Assembly: GCA_963575745.1 (NCBI GenBank) | Contig: CAUYUJ010000192.1 | Span: 62,001 to 126,000, forward strand | Direction: 5' to 3' | DNA from: Prorocentrum cordatum | Taxonomy: Eukaryota | DNA length: 64,000 bases | Shown here: piece after piece, positions 24,036 through 36,214 of the stretch | Layout: each line of letters opens with the position of its first letter | Position numbering within the stretch: position 1 is the first letter of the stretch | Translations under genes and position numbers: made by a program | Notes under the pieces: generated by a model | What the model was told of the DNA's origin: nothing | Seen by the model: only the letters and a program-made list of their open reading frames with translations | Database searches by the model: none

Positions 24036-24540
24036 TCCTCCTCCTCTTCCTCCTCCTCCTCCTCCTTCTCCCCCCCCTCCTCCCCCCCCTCCTCCTCCTT
24101 CTCCTCCTCCTCCTCCTCCTCCTCCTGCTACTCCTCCTCCTCCTCCTCCTCCTGCTCCTCCTCCTCCTCCTCCTCCTCCTCCTGCTCCTCCTCTTCCTCT
24201 CCTCCTCCTCCTCCTCTCCTCCGCCTCCTCTCCTCCTCCTCCTCCTCCTCCTCCTCCTCCTCCTCCTCCCCCTTCAATGGAGGGACCCCGGAGGCCGAAG
24301 ATCGCCCCAATCTGGCCGCTCAGAGTGCTGTTGGAGCCTCGGATTCCTGGGCCGTCTCGCCCGGAGGAGGAGGAGGAGAAGAAGGAGGGGGAGGAGGAGG
24401 AGGAGGAGGAGGAGGAGGAGGAGCAGGGGGAGGAGGAGGAGGAGGAGGAGGAGGAGGAGGAGGAGGAGGAGGAGGAGCAGGAGGAGGAGGAGGAGCAGCA
24501 GGAGGAGGAGGAGGAGAAGAAGGAGGCGGGGGAGGAGGAG
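24036..24540. repeat. (CCT)n tract followed by (GGA)n tract in inverted orientation
   Basis: Seen directly; the tracts are separated by ~90 bp of unique sequence. Confidence 0.9.
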
Positions 24541-24718
24541 GTGCCCTCCGGCCGCCGGCCGGGACAATCCGAGCACCCCCCGGCGCCTCTCGGCGAGGCG
24601 CAGCCGCTGGGGCTCGGCCCGAGGCCGGCACGCCGCCGAGCACCGACGAGCACGCCCGAAGAGCTCGCACCGAAAGTTGTCCGGGTCATCCGTCCGTCCG
24701 TCGGGTCGTCCCCCCAAT

Positions 24719-24886
24719 TCACCACCCACCAAACCACCCCAACCCAACCCGAAGGCTCAGATTTACCCTCGATTTCTAGTGGGGGGGGGGTCCGGGAACA
24801 TCGAAAAAACACATATGGAGCCCATACCCCCCCCAACCCGAAATTCGGATCTTCGGGTTGGGTTGGGGTGGTTTGGTAGGTAGTCA
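24719..24886. mobile_element. MITE family A copy 2 (168 bp, 5-bp TSD ccaat)
   Basis: ccaat|tcaccaccc...gtaggtagtca|ccaat. Confidence 0.85.
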
Positions 24887-25166
24887 CCAATTAGCGTCCC
24901 CCCTCGGGAGCCTCTAAAATCCGCCAAAACCATAGTAAAACCTATGATTTTGGCTTCCTCGCTGAGGCCGTTTTGGACGCTCCAACTACCAGCGCTCCCC
25001 CCCCCGTCCAGGTCCAGGGGAGGGGGTTAGGGGGAGGGGTAAACCCCTCCCCGAAGGGGAAGAAGGGAAGATGGAAGAGGAAACTCCCGGAACCACCTAC
25101 GCCCAGAGGGCTGGTGGGATTTGTCCGGGTCATCATCCGTCCGTCGGGTCGTTCGTCGCCGTCATC

Positions 25167-25359
25167 TCGGGCCGAACGAAAGGGGGGGGACCAGAAAAGG
25201 GGGGGTACGAAATCTGCTGCATGCAGCTGGTTGCAGCCCACCGAGGGGGCCAGTCCTTGATAAATGGCCGCCTCCGGCGCTGGGAGGCGCCCGGAAAATC
25301 AGCTACGCGAGGTGATTCTCAATCCTCCCTTTGCTATCCCCCCATTTCGCCCGGCCCGA
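25167..25359. mobile_element. MITE family B copy 1 (193 bp, TCGGG...CCCGA termini, 5-bp TSD tcatc)
   Basis: tcatc|tcgggccgaacgaaaggg...tttcgcccggcccga|tcatc. Homologous to 52993-53187. Confidence 0.85.
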
Positions 25360-25572
25360 TCATCGTCGGTCGGTCCTTCGTCGGACGGGGCTGGGATAAC
25401 TCTGTTCCAGAGCTTGTGGGGACGCTCTCAGAGCGTTCCGCAACGCTCGGAGAAGGCCGCGGCGCCCGAGAGATGCTTCAGAGCCGCCGGATCTCAGAGA
25501 TTCTCGATTTGCTCGGGCGGGTGGCAATGGGGGGTGACCTGAATGAGGGGTGAAGACAGGGGCCCTAAAGGG

Positions 25573-25817
25573 TCGGAGGTGGACAGACCTCCTACCCTGA
25601 CACGTCGATTAAGGAATTGGCCGTTTTCGGTTCGCGAGAGGGCGTCGCAGCCGTCATTTTTGCGGGTCCAGGTTCGTCGGTTTCACGAAGGATTGCAAAA
25701 AAACCCAGGATTGCAAAAAACATGTATTTTTTGCAATCCTGGGTTTTTTTGCAATCCTTCGCCCAGGCCGTTTTTACTAAGGGGAGGTCTACTAAAGGGA
25801 GGTTTGTCCACCGCCGA
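25573..25817. mobile_element. MITE (245 bp, 20-bp TIR, 5-bp TSD aaggg) containing an internal ~75-bp palindrome (25686-25760)
   Basis: aaggg|tcggaggtggacagacctcc...ggaggtttgtccaccgccga|aaggg. Confidence 0.75.
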
Positions 25818-25920
25818 AAGGGGCCCTGAAGGGCTCTTTTCGGAGCCGGCAGGGGCCCCAGAAAGGGGCCCTGCAGGGCCCCTCCAGGGTCCGTCTCGTC
25901 AGCCCACATCTATGCTCAAG

Positions 25921-26073
25921 TCGGGCATGTCCCTCTACAGGAGGAACACTCAAGCGTAGTCAACCAATAGTCTGGGACGATGTTTTGAGTATATGTTGGA
26001 ACATGTTCCGATCTTTTGTCTTGACCTTTTTTGATCCTTCGTCCATAACCCGCCTGTAGGAGGACACGCCCGA
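25921..26073. mobile_element. Small TIR element; uninterrupted relative of the element split at 56805-58790
   Basis: tcgggcatgtccctctacagg...cctgtaggaggacacgcccga. Confidence 0.6.
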
Positions 26074-26259
26074 CCTAAATCTAGGCCACCTCTCATGACC
26101 ACCCGCCCGATGTTTTATCCTCACCCGATGCTGTCATCCCCCTGGCCTCCTCTTACTTCCTCGTCGGGCGCCGGGCGGCGTCATCGGGCGGCGCCACGCC
26201 CAGTCCGTGGGAGGAGGATGAGGGAACAGGAGGAGGAACAGGAGGAGCAACAGAGGAGG

Positions 26260-26359
26260 NNNNNNNNNNNNNNNNNNNNNNNNNNNNNNNNNNNNNNNNN
26301 NNNNNNNNNNNNNNNNNNNNNNNNNNNNNNNNNNNNNNNNNNNNNNNNNNNNNNNNNNN
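26260..26359. other. Assembly gap (100 N)
   Basis: Run of exactly 100 n within (GAG)n repeats. Confidence 1.
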
Positions 26360-27359
26360 GGAGGAGGAGGACGAGGAGGAGGAGGAGGATGAGGAGGCGG
26401 AGGCTGAGGAGGAGGAGGAGGATGACGAGGATGATGAGGAGGGAGAGAGTGGGGATGGGGAGGAGAAGGAGGAGCAGGAGGAGGAGGAGGAGGAGGCGGA
26501 GGAGGAGGAGGAGAAGGAAGAGGAGGAGGAAGAGGAGAAGGAGGAGACATACGTACTACAAGGAGGAGGAGGCGGAGGAGGAGGGGGATGAGGATGATGC
26601 TGATGATGATGATGCTGCTGATGATGATGATGATGTTGTTGCTGATGATGTTGATGCGGATGATGATGATGATGATGAAGCTGCTGATGATGATGATGAT
26701 GTTGATGATGATCGTGATGGCGATGATGATGATGATGATGCTCGTGATTATGATGAGTATGATGATGATGATGTTGCTGATGCTGCTGATGATGATTATG
26801 CTGATGTTGATGCTGAGGATGATGGTGATGATGATGATGATGACGATGTCGATGATGATGATGATACTGATGCTGATGATGATGATGATGATGATGATGG
26901 TGACGATGAAGCTGATGCTGATGACGATGATGCTGATGATGATGATGGTAACGATGCTGTTGCTGATGATGATGCTGCTGCTGGTGATGATGATGGTGAT
27001 ATCGATGATGTTGAGTATGATGACTATGATGATGATGATGCTGGTGATGATGCTGATGCTGAGGATGCGGATGAGGATGAGGATGATGATGATGATGATG
27101 ATGACGATGATGCTGATGGTGATAATGACGATGATGATTTAGCTTGATGATGCTGATTGTGTGCTGTGCTGCGGATGAGGATGAGGATGAGGATGTTGAT
27201 GATGATGACGATGATGATGATGATGATGATGATGATGCGGATGATGTATGATGTGATGATGTATGATGAGTTTGATTATGATGATGATGATGATTGCTGA
27301 TGATGATGATGATATGATCATGATCATGAATATGAATCATGATGATGATGCTGCTGCGC

Positions 27360-27400
<41 letters not shown>

Positions 27401-27905
27401 GGAGGAGGAGGAGGAGGCAGGGTAGGAGTGAGGAGGAGGAGGAGCATGCGGCTGGGATTCTGGAGATTCTGCCGGATCGCGTTATAGCGATTGGGAGGAG
27501 GAGGAGGAGGAGGAGGCGGAGGATGAGGAGGAGTAAAGCGGCGAGGCATGGACGGAGGTGGAGAGGAACAGGAGGAGGCTTCGGAGGAGGAGGAGGACGA
27601 TGAGGAGGAGGAGGTGAGGAGGAGGCGGAGGAGGAGGAGGAAGGAGAAGAGGAGGAGGAGGAGGACGGGGTGGAGGAGGAGGGGAGGAGGAGGAGGAAAG
27701 AGGAGGAGGAGGAGGAGGAGGAGGGACTAAGAGGAGGAGGAGGAGGAGGAGGGAGGAGGAGGAGGAGGAGAAGAGGAGAAAAGAGGAAGAGGGGGAGGAG
27801 GAAAGGAGGAGAGGAGGAGGGGGAGGAGGAGGAGGAGGAGGGGAGAGGAGGAGGAGGAGGAGGAGGAGGGGAGAGGAGGAGGAGGAGGCGGAGGAGGAGG
27901 AGGAG
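26360..27905. repeat. Compound microsatellite (GAG)n / (GAT)n / (GAG)n
   Basis: Degenerate (GAT)n at ~26588-27398, flanked by (GAG)n tracts. Confidence 0.95.
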
Positions 27906-28229
27906 AAACATCCAGGCGAAGGAGCGCGTTGGGTGGGCGGTTCCTTGGAACACGGAGCTCCAAAACTGCACAGTGGAGCTGAGTCAAATGGGGAGCCATG
28001 GCGGCTCGCGCATCACCGCTATGCGACGAAGGCGGCCACGCCACATGCAAAATGATGCGCCCAGTGCACACAGGGGAAAGGGCCACCCGTGCCACAGGAC
28101 CACAGGGCATCCGTCAGCTATGCAAGACAGCTCCCGCTGGTGGGGGAGCGCAGGGCAAGGGGGGGGCAGGACGGCCACCCTCGTGCCCCGACGCACGCGG
28201 CAAACTATGCCCCCCCCCTTGCGCAATGG

Positions 28230-28680
28230 TCACCGCAGGGGGGGATTACCTCCAGCGCCCCACGGCCGTGCAGCAGGGGGGACGCGGGCAGCACGCAGCA
28301 GTGAAAAGGATTGCCTCGGCCGCCCCAGGTCGAACCCGCCACGTGAGCCCAGCTACCGCAGCAACACAAAAAAGGAGCGGCCACATGAGCAGCGGCCACC
28401 GCAAGGGAGAATTAACTCCTGCGCCCCACGGCCGTGCAAGCAGGGGGATGTCGACCCACGCGGCAGTGAAAAGGACGGCCACAGGGGGGCCCAGATCGAA
28501 CCCGCCGCGCGCGCCCAACAACCGCCAACAAGAGAGGGGAGCGGCCCCCCTGTGCAGCTGTCGCCGCAGGGGGGATTACCTCCAGCGCCCCACGGCCGCG
28601 CAACAGGAGGAGGTGGACACGCGCGCAACAGTGAAAAGGACGGCCGCAAGGACCTTAGATCGAACCCGCCGCGCAGGTCC
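28230..28680. repeat. Three tandem copies of a ~165-bp unit
   Basis: cgcagggggattacctccagcgccccacggccg...gcagtgaaaaggac...tcgaacccgcc at ~28232, ~28397 and ~28563. Confidence 0.8.
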
Positions 28681-29799
28681 CGTGACCGCTGATCAAAAAC
28701 GCCATGCACTGGTTGGGGTGAATAGCCAGAAAATATATAAGGCAGAGGTCGCAAGGGCGGCCCGAGTCAGAGTCAGAAGAACCCCTCCCCCGCACCAGCC
28801 CCCCACCACCAACGTCGGACAAGTTTGAAGGCAGCGAAAGCGAGGACTGGCCGTCCAGGCCAGGCCAGAAAGACCCGCGGGCCTCGGCAACTCTGACAGC
28901 GGGCTTTCCTGAGCTCGGCCCCGCACTGCTGGCAGCTCCTGACGCAGTGCTGCGGGCTCCCGTGGCGGCACCTTCTAAGCGCAGGCCTAGCGCCGCCTGT
29001 CGGAGAACCCAAGGTCCGTCATCGCCCACGTCGTCGTCGATGGGGGGGGCGCGAACGAGGAGCGCGGAACGAAACCAGCAGGCAGCTCCTCGGGCCTGCC
29101 GACTCCCAAGGGTTTCCTGGGGTGACGTCCTTGCATCATTTTAGTGCAATTGGTGCTGCCGTGACCGCGCATCTCCAGAGCACAGGACTTGGACGTGGGC
29201 GTTTTTCGCGGAAAACAGCCTGACGCATGTAGCCGCCGCACTTGGGACATAATTGAAAGTCCGCACACACTGAGCAGGTGGGCGCGACAACATTATGACC
29301 CAAGGAGCCGGCAGCATCCAAATCATGGTTGGCGACTCGGGCACAGAACCTTCCAGGCGGCATAGCGATCGAGCGCGAGCCAACCCTACAGACAGTGCGC
29401 CTCCAGACCGAATGCTGTCACTGCCAGCGATGAGGGGCGGGCGGCGCCCCGGGGGCCGAGGAGGTGCGACTAGGGCAAACCAGCGGACAGCCCACCAGCT
29501 CCAGGCGTGGCCACAATGGCAGGAGCTTGGTAGCTGGTCTACAAACAACCTGGCCGAATATAACACATCGGTTGACTCGTTCCACTTGGTCGGTGGGAGG
29601 TTGCGGGTGGGACCCAGCTCCTCGCTGGGCAGCTTTGCCCGCGAAGTCGCCCCCCACCCTCGGCAGGCGTTCAGACTCAGCAGTGCCTACTTCACCCACG
29701 TCCTGGCGGGCCTTGACATTGGCCGCAGGCAGGGCGTGGGCGGCGTGATTGTTTTTCTTTGTATATATATATATATAAACAAAAAATGCCCCGAGCACC

Positions 29800-32700
29800 A
29801 CCTACGACACGACCGCCTTTCGTTGGGGGTGGGGGGGCAGGCGGAAATGGCCAACTACCGCGAGGCAGCCAGAAGACAGCTCGGATTGAGCTACACTATG
29901 AAGCGCAGCCATGGCAAGATAATTCTGCTTCAGCAGGGGCGGTTCGGCTGACGGGGGCGCGGACGGGTCCGCGCAGGGCGCGCAAGAGGGGGCCTTGGAG
30001 GGGCGCCGGGCAAACCCCCCAACCTGCCCTCGAGCGCTTTGAGATTGGATGCCAAAACAGCTACAGTCCAGGAAGGTTCGGCCCTGGATGTCCCCATTAG
30101 CGAGCTCCTCCGAGAAGTCCTCATCCTCAGCTGATGGCAAGACGACCCCTCCCCCCTAACTCAGAGTCTTCGGCCAGAACGATTCGGGGCGCTCCCAGAT
30201 TCCCCGATCGAAGAGCATCCGATCACCATCGGACAAGGGGCCCCGAGCTTCATCTTGGATCTCCGCAGGAATAAGCTCAGCACGAACCTCCTCGACGGCT
30301 GAACAATCGCAGAGACGGTGATGGACCGTGCCCCTGCAGAGACCACAGAGGGGGCAGAGCAACTGGTCTCCCTCGAGCTGGTAGCCCACGGCCGCCGCTC
30401 TGTCAGTTGTTCAGGTTCCACAGCAGCAGAGATTCCTGATGGGGCCCTTCTCGAGGGCAGTGTACCTCTTCGATCGCAGCTGGCTCTGACAGACCTAGAC
30501 ACCCGCGCGCTCCCACCCTGCATCCAGCATGCCCCCCACGTTCGTCTTTAACCATCTGACTACAGCACGCCTTAGAATGTCCTTCAAAGCGTAGGGCTGA
30601 CAAAGGTTGGCGAGACCGAGGTGCCGTCATGCGAGCGCAGCGTGGCATAATCGGGCATTGACCATCCCAGGCGTTGGACAAACAAGAACGGCGCCGTGTG
30701 CGGGCCTGCTACCTGACGCCAAGTCTTAGATTTTAGCTTGCATTCTAAAACCGAGGTCCAACATCGCCTGAATTCCTTGTGCGTCCTGCCTCCAAGATGC
30801 TGATGACATCGGGCCGCCCAAATCTCCTTCCCCCACCTCGCGGTAGGAGCGACCATCCCATAGTAGGTGGGGGCACCTTCGTAAATAAGTGTAGAAGAGT
30901 GATTGCGACCCCCGCGAGACGGATGAAAGCACTTCCCTGCTTGGCGGCGGACGCGGGCAAGCTCAGCATCGCGAACACCGTGGGCCCCGCAGCCGAAGTT
31001 AACTCCAGCCAGGGCGCCGCCGGTAAAGATCTTCTTTGCCGAGCGCCCAAGAATTTTCCCGCTGCTTGCGAATCCTACTGACGCGCTGATCAAAGGTGGC
31101 GCGCCTCGGCTTTGCCTTCTTGCAACGGCCCCTGACCCTCCAAGGCAGCCCGGCGGCGTCGTCGGTCACCGGGCTGATTGCCGAGGTGGTTTTACCAGGA
31201 CCAGCCCAGACTCCCAAACACTCCTGAAGCCCAGTGCCCAAGCGACGCTGACTGCATATGAGGCTCGCCTTGTCGGGTGCGATCTGGCACTTGATGTCGG
31301 CTGCCACTGCTTTACGCAGTCCAACGGCGCCGACCGCGATGGCTTCGAAAACCTCCTGGTACATCCCTTGGGCCGACAAACCGAGGTCATCGATGTGCAG
31401 ATTCAGGTTGGAGCGCCGTTTCGACTGGACTGGATTGAGATAAGCGCCTTACTATAGTAAACCCTTACGAAGCTAGCGGCAATACTACACCCCGCAATGA
31501 CCCCGCGGATCGCCATGGACGGTCCCAGAATGAACCCGCTGATGTTGGTATACCGCGGGGCCCGACAGGCCGAAATACATCACCTACACAGGGGGGGGCA
31601 GACTCCTGGCGCCTGGCCTCCAGGTTCCCCAGATCCATGGCTTCGTAAAAATTGCGCATGTCCCACAAACGAGACGCCGAGCAGAGCCTCTGCTTGACGG
31701 CGGCCTCGCTCTTGGCCGTCTGCTTCCAAGCAACGTCAGAAGCCGACGTAAAGCCGTGTGTTGCGAACGTGCCATGTTTGTTTCCTCCTCCCACATCGCA
31801 GCCTTCTGCCTCCTGCGCGCACCCCGCATCCTGTGCGGTGATGTGAATATACTAATCAACCTGAGGCCTCCAATAGGCTTGAACAGCACGGCGAGCATCA
31901 CGGCGCGCAGCTGCTCAGGGAGGTTGCCATCGTCTCCATGATGGCGGAGAGAAGCGAGACACCAGCCAGGGCCTGATCACACAGGAGCATAGTGCCGAAG
32001 GTAAAACCCATCGACCGAAACCGCGGACCTCTTGGCGTTCCCTCAGCTCTTCTCCCTCAAGACACCAGGAGACACCAGAGGTAGATGCTCTGCGGGTAGA
32101 AAGGGGTTCGGCTCCAGAAAGTCAAAGTTCCGTCTCCGCAAGCCACAAAGACTGGCAGCGCTTGCCTTCGGTTCGCAGAAGAGACAGCGGGCCCGGTGCG
32201 ACCTGGCCAGCCGCGCGGAGGGTCGAGGAAGGAACCCAGGCTTCTACAGGGCGCGTCCAGGCGGGGCTCACCTTCTGCTCTCGCGCCGCCAGACTTGAAG
32301 CTGGTCGGCCAGCTCCGCCTCCGCTACGTTGGCCCATCTCTGATGCGGGTCAGTGAGCCCACGATAAGCCCCCAGAGAGCCCCTTCCGAGCACACCCAAG
32401 AGCATCATTCGCCAAGGCCTCTGCGGTCTCCCAGTCCTGCGGGGCTGGCCCAGGTCCAATTGGAACTTCAACGTGAAGCGACGGGGGCTTTCTGAACTGC
32501 AGCACGCGAAGGTCGGCAAGCTGAGCGCGGACATCGATCCCAGCTGGGGAGTTCGGAGCCGTCGGAGCATGCTTGTCTACCCACGTGGACTTGACTCCCT
32601 TGGACAACCCACCTGAGACCACGAAAAAGTCGTAAACCTTCTCCCCGGCAGGCCCGCGGCAATTGGAACTACCCGAAGTGATCGCCTGCGCCTCTAATTG

Positions 32701-33381
32701 CTGGGCGAACTTGCACGCTTCAAGCTTCGAGGGCTGGCTCAGCGTTGAACTCGCCCCCAATCGCAAAGCTGCCGGGGCTGCTGCTGACGAGCGCGCCAAC
32801 CTTGGACCGGAACGACAGGTCGCGGTTTGGCAAGCCTTCGCATCAGAGGAAGTAGCGAGAGATGGGTGGAAGCTCCCCAACATGAACGTAACCTGCTACA
32901 GCACGATAGTCTTCAACAGTGAAGCCCCCAGCAGGCCAATGAAGGCCGAGTTCTGAACGAGCTAACACACTCACCCCACCAGAGGTACCGGAGTCTGGCG
33001 CCTTCTCAGCACTCCCAAAGATCGGCTTCCACCCGCAATTAAGCCCCCAGCGCTGAGCGTCGGGGGTCTGGTGTTGGAGCGGGCGGCGCTCCTGCAGCAG
33101 CGCCGCGCGCGCCGCCGCCTGCAAGGGCCACTCCTTAGCATAACTCCAGGCCGTGCAGTTGGAAGTGGCAATCTTTAGGTTCATGGCATCCCCCCTAGGG
33201 GCCGGGGGGAAAGTGCAAATTTCAAAACTTTCAGAGCTCTTCTTGGAGTCTGATGCGGCGGTGTCCAACAGGCTGGCGGGGGACAGCGATAGAGCGGGTC
33301 GAACACCAGCTCGCTCGATGCAGAAGTCCCCCTGCATACCTTGGGCAACCTGGGCATTGTCGTCGGAACACGACAGTGACT

Positions 33382-33420
<39 letters not shown>

Positions 33421-35100
33421 TACATACATACATCCATATATAATATGATCTGCGCGATTGAAAGATGCTTAACGCATTGGCGATGGGGGAAGAGATACTC
33501 GGATTGCGACAACCGAGCCCCCGCCCACGGAACCGTGGGTGCGCGGTCCTGCAGGGGCGCGAGCTGGGGCCGAGATTGGGTCGGGAACGCCCGCCGACCA
33601 CCCGACGACGGTAGGTTGAGGTGGGTATGCCGAGAGGAGTAGGCGCGCAAGCCCTCGCCCCCCCCCCCCCCCCTCCTGCTGCGCTGAAAAAAAACAATGG
33701 GGCCCAGAAACCGTGGCCTCATAACCTGCGGCGAAGCTGTAGCCGCCGATGTAATAGTTGCACCCCCCGTCCTGGTGCATGCCATTTCACCCAACGACAG
33801 GGTGCGAAGGATACTTAGAAGGGGCGAAAGCGGCCGCAGCGCGAGCACGAATGTCGACAGCAGCGGCCTCGGCAGCGGGCGTTGGCGCCACCACCTCGGG
33901 TTTGGGCGCTGCTCCAAGCTTGCCTTCGGGGCCTCCTGGCGACGCGGCAGCTTGTCCCTGACCGCCTCCTGTAGAAGCAGTTTGGCTTGGCTCAGCACCG
34001 CCTCCAGCGTGAGTCTTGCCATCCTCGCCCCTCCTCTTCTTGCCGAGTCGCTGCGCGTGCTTCGCCTGCTCGTCGCGGGCCGCCTGGGCCTTCTCCAGCG
34101 CCCCCGCGGACGAAGTCTTGCACGCTTCGCGGAAAGGTTCGTTGAGTGCCGCACTCCTGTTCTCCATGTGCTCCTTGTCCTCGGTGGTGACCACGTACTC
34201 CGCCTCGTCGAAGGTAAAGATGGAGCCCAGCGAGACCACGCCCAGGACATTGCTGGAGCCTTGCACGAGCTCGACCACGTCCACCTTGAAAGGGGCTGGG
34301 CGCCTGCGCAGGGACGGGCTCGACCACGTTGTCAGCCAGGTCCTTGACCAGGTCCTCGTAGTGGTCGTCAGCCTCGCGCAAGGCTGTCTGGGCAGCGGCG
34401 GTGGCCGACTGTTGCGCCTCCACCCGCTGCTCCAGCTTGGCCAGCTTGTCCAGCTCGGTGGACAACGTTCGCTCCCTGCTCTGCACCTTGCCGTGAGACT
34501 TCGCAGCTTGCTGTTGGGCGGGTGCTGGAGTCGAACTGCGGAGGAGCTTCTCAAGAGCCACCTTGTGCTTGGACGCGGACTCGGTGTCGCCGCTTTTCTC
34601 GCACAAGCCAATGAGGGTCCGCAACTCGTCAGCTGACAAAGACGGGGTCGCACCTGCGCTTGCCCCATTGCCACCAGCGCCACCAGGAGCAAGCAGAGCA
34701 GGTAGAGGGCCAGGCTTGTACGGGAGCGATGGCCACTGAGTGCCTGGCCGAGGAGAGTCGAACACCTCATGGTGGCCCTCGGAGCCCTGCCTGACGGTCC
34801 CGCAGTGCTTGCAGCTGATCCAGCCGCCCAGCGGTCCTGCACCTGCAGGCCTGGCAGCGCCAGCGGCGGCCCGACCACGAGCCTGAGTCCTGGCGGGTCG
34901 AAGGCCAAGGGCCGGTGCTGCCTTCACCCCACTGCCCAGGGGGGGTGCGAGCCGCAGCGCCTTCCCGCAAGGGCGCCTGGGTCCGCCAAGCGCCGCCGCC
35001 ATTGCTGCGAGACTGCAAGGCTCCATCCCTGGCCATGCGAGCTGTCGGAAAGTTGCCGAAGCCAAGACTGGCTCGCGCACGCAAAATGCTGTCCTGAAGT
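29800..35100 (-). mobile_element. Near full-length degenerate LINE: ORF1 (CxxC + coiled coil), APE, RT, CCHC-like zinc motif, C-terminal RNase H remnant
   Basis: ORF1 'WISCKHCG' and 'ELDKLAKLEQRVEAQQ'. APE 'KIATSNCTAWS', 'LLQER', 'GTSGGVSVLAR', 'VYDFFVVS'. RT 'KPIGGLRLISIF', 'WDMRNFYE', 'NLHIDDL' (~31383-31403). Zinc motif 'CPLCG...HHRLCDC'; RNase H remnant 'TFLDCSC'. Confidence 0.8.
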
Positions 35101-35529
35101 TCGTGTGTGTGTGTGCGTGTACAATGTCCAAAGTTCGGGCACAGGACAGTTGGAGGAGGAGGAGGAGGAGGAGGAGGTGGAGGAGCTGGAGGAGCTGGAG
35201 GAGGAGAAGGAGGAGAGCCTTCCGCGCCTCGCGCGCCCCCCCCCGGCGCGTTCCGCAGGCGGAGGCCGCGGTGATCCCCGTGAACACCGCTGTCAGCGGG
35301 GCCGCGCTCGGGGCCGCCTCGGTCCCTGGCGGGGTGCATCGTCGGTGAGGCTCGCTTCGTAACAACGGTCACGACGTGAGGTTTTCGCCGTTTTCGGCCT
35401 CTCGGGGCCCTCGCCGGGACCCGGGACCGTCAAACATCGATTCCAGGATGCAAGACCGGTTTTGGTGAGAGGGTCGGGACTTTTTGGGGCCGAGTTTTGA
35501 TTTATAAGGACGTTTCTTGTTCGGGAAGG

Positions 35530-36000
35530 TGCTCATCCTTCCTCCTCCCCCTCCTCGTCCCTCCTCCTCCCTCCTTCCCCTCTCTCCTCCTCTCTCCTCC
35601 TCCTCCTCCTCTCCTCCTCCTCCTCCTCCTTCCCTCCTCCTCCTCCTCCTCCTCCTCCTCTCTCCTCCTCCTCCTCGTCCTCCTCCTTCCTCCCTCCTCT
35701 GCTCCTCCTCCTCCTCATCCTCCTCCTCCCACTCCTCCTCCCTCCTCCTCCTCCTCCTCTCCTCTCCTCATCCTCATCCTCATCCTCTCCTCCTCATGCT
35801 CTCTCTCCTCCTCCTCCTCCTCCTCCTCCTCCTCTCCTCTTCTTCCTCCTCCTCCTCCTCGTTCTCCTCCCCCTTCCTTTCCTTCCTCTCCTCCCTCTCC
35901 TCCCTCCCGCCCCCCTCCTCTTCCTGCTCCTCCTGCTCCTCCTCATCCTTCTCAGCCGCCGCCGCCTCCTCCTGCTTCCCCCCCCCTCTTCCTCACCCTC
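35530..36000. repeat. (CCT)n-rich low-complexity tract
   Basis: Seen directly; similar tracts at ~39320-39560 and ~61910-62070. Confidence 0.9.
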
Positions 36001-36214
36001 CGAGCGCACTCCCCTGGAAAGATCGAGTCCCGCCGCGCGCGGGCGTCCTGCGAGCTGCAGGTAGTGCAGCACCTCGGACTGGGACCAGGCCTGCAGGCCT
36101 GGGGGTAGACGACCTTGCGCCAACCTCTGGATCTTTTTTCTCCCTGCTTCATTGGGAGGGTCACGAATGGCTTCCAATGTGCTACGAGCCCGTACCGACC
36201 AGCACCCACAACGG

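Noticed and set aside
23199..24890. 563-aa ORF
   Set aside because: It is stitched from a MITE and (GGA)n, (CCT)n and (CA)n repeats.
26588..27300. ctgatga hammerhead-ribozyme core words
   Set aside because: They are by-products of (GAT)n degeneration, with no flanking stems or GAAA partner.
26095..27971. Poly-Asp, poly-His or poly-Met proteins
   Set aside because: They arise from (GAT)n/(GAG)n microsatellites spanning an assembly gap.
35056..35078. SL-like agccagtcttggct on the minus strand at the 5' end of the LINE
   Set aside because: The position is suggestive, but the match needs an indel plus mismatches and is not distinguishable from chance.
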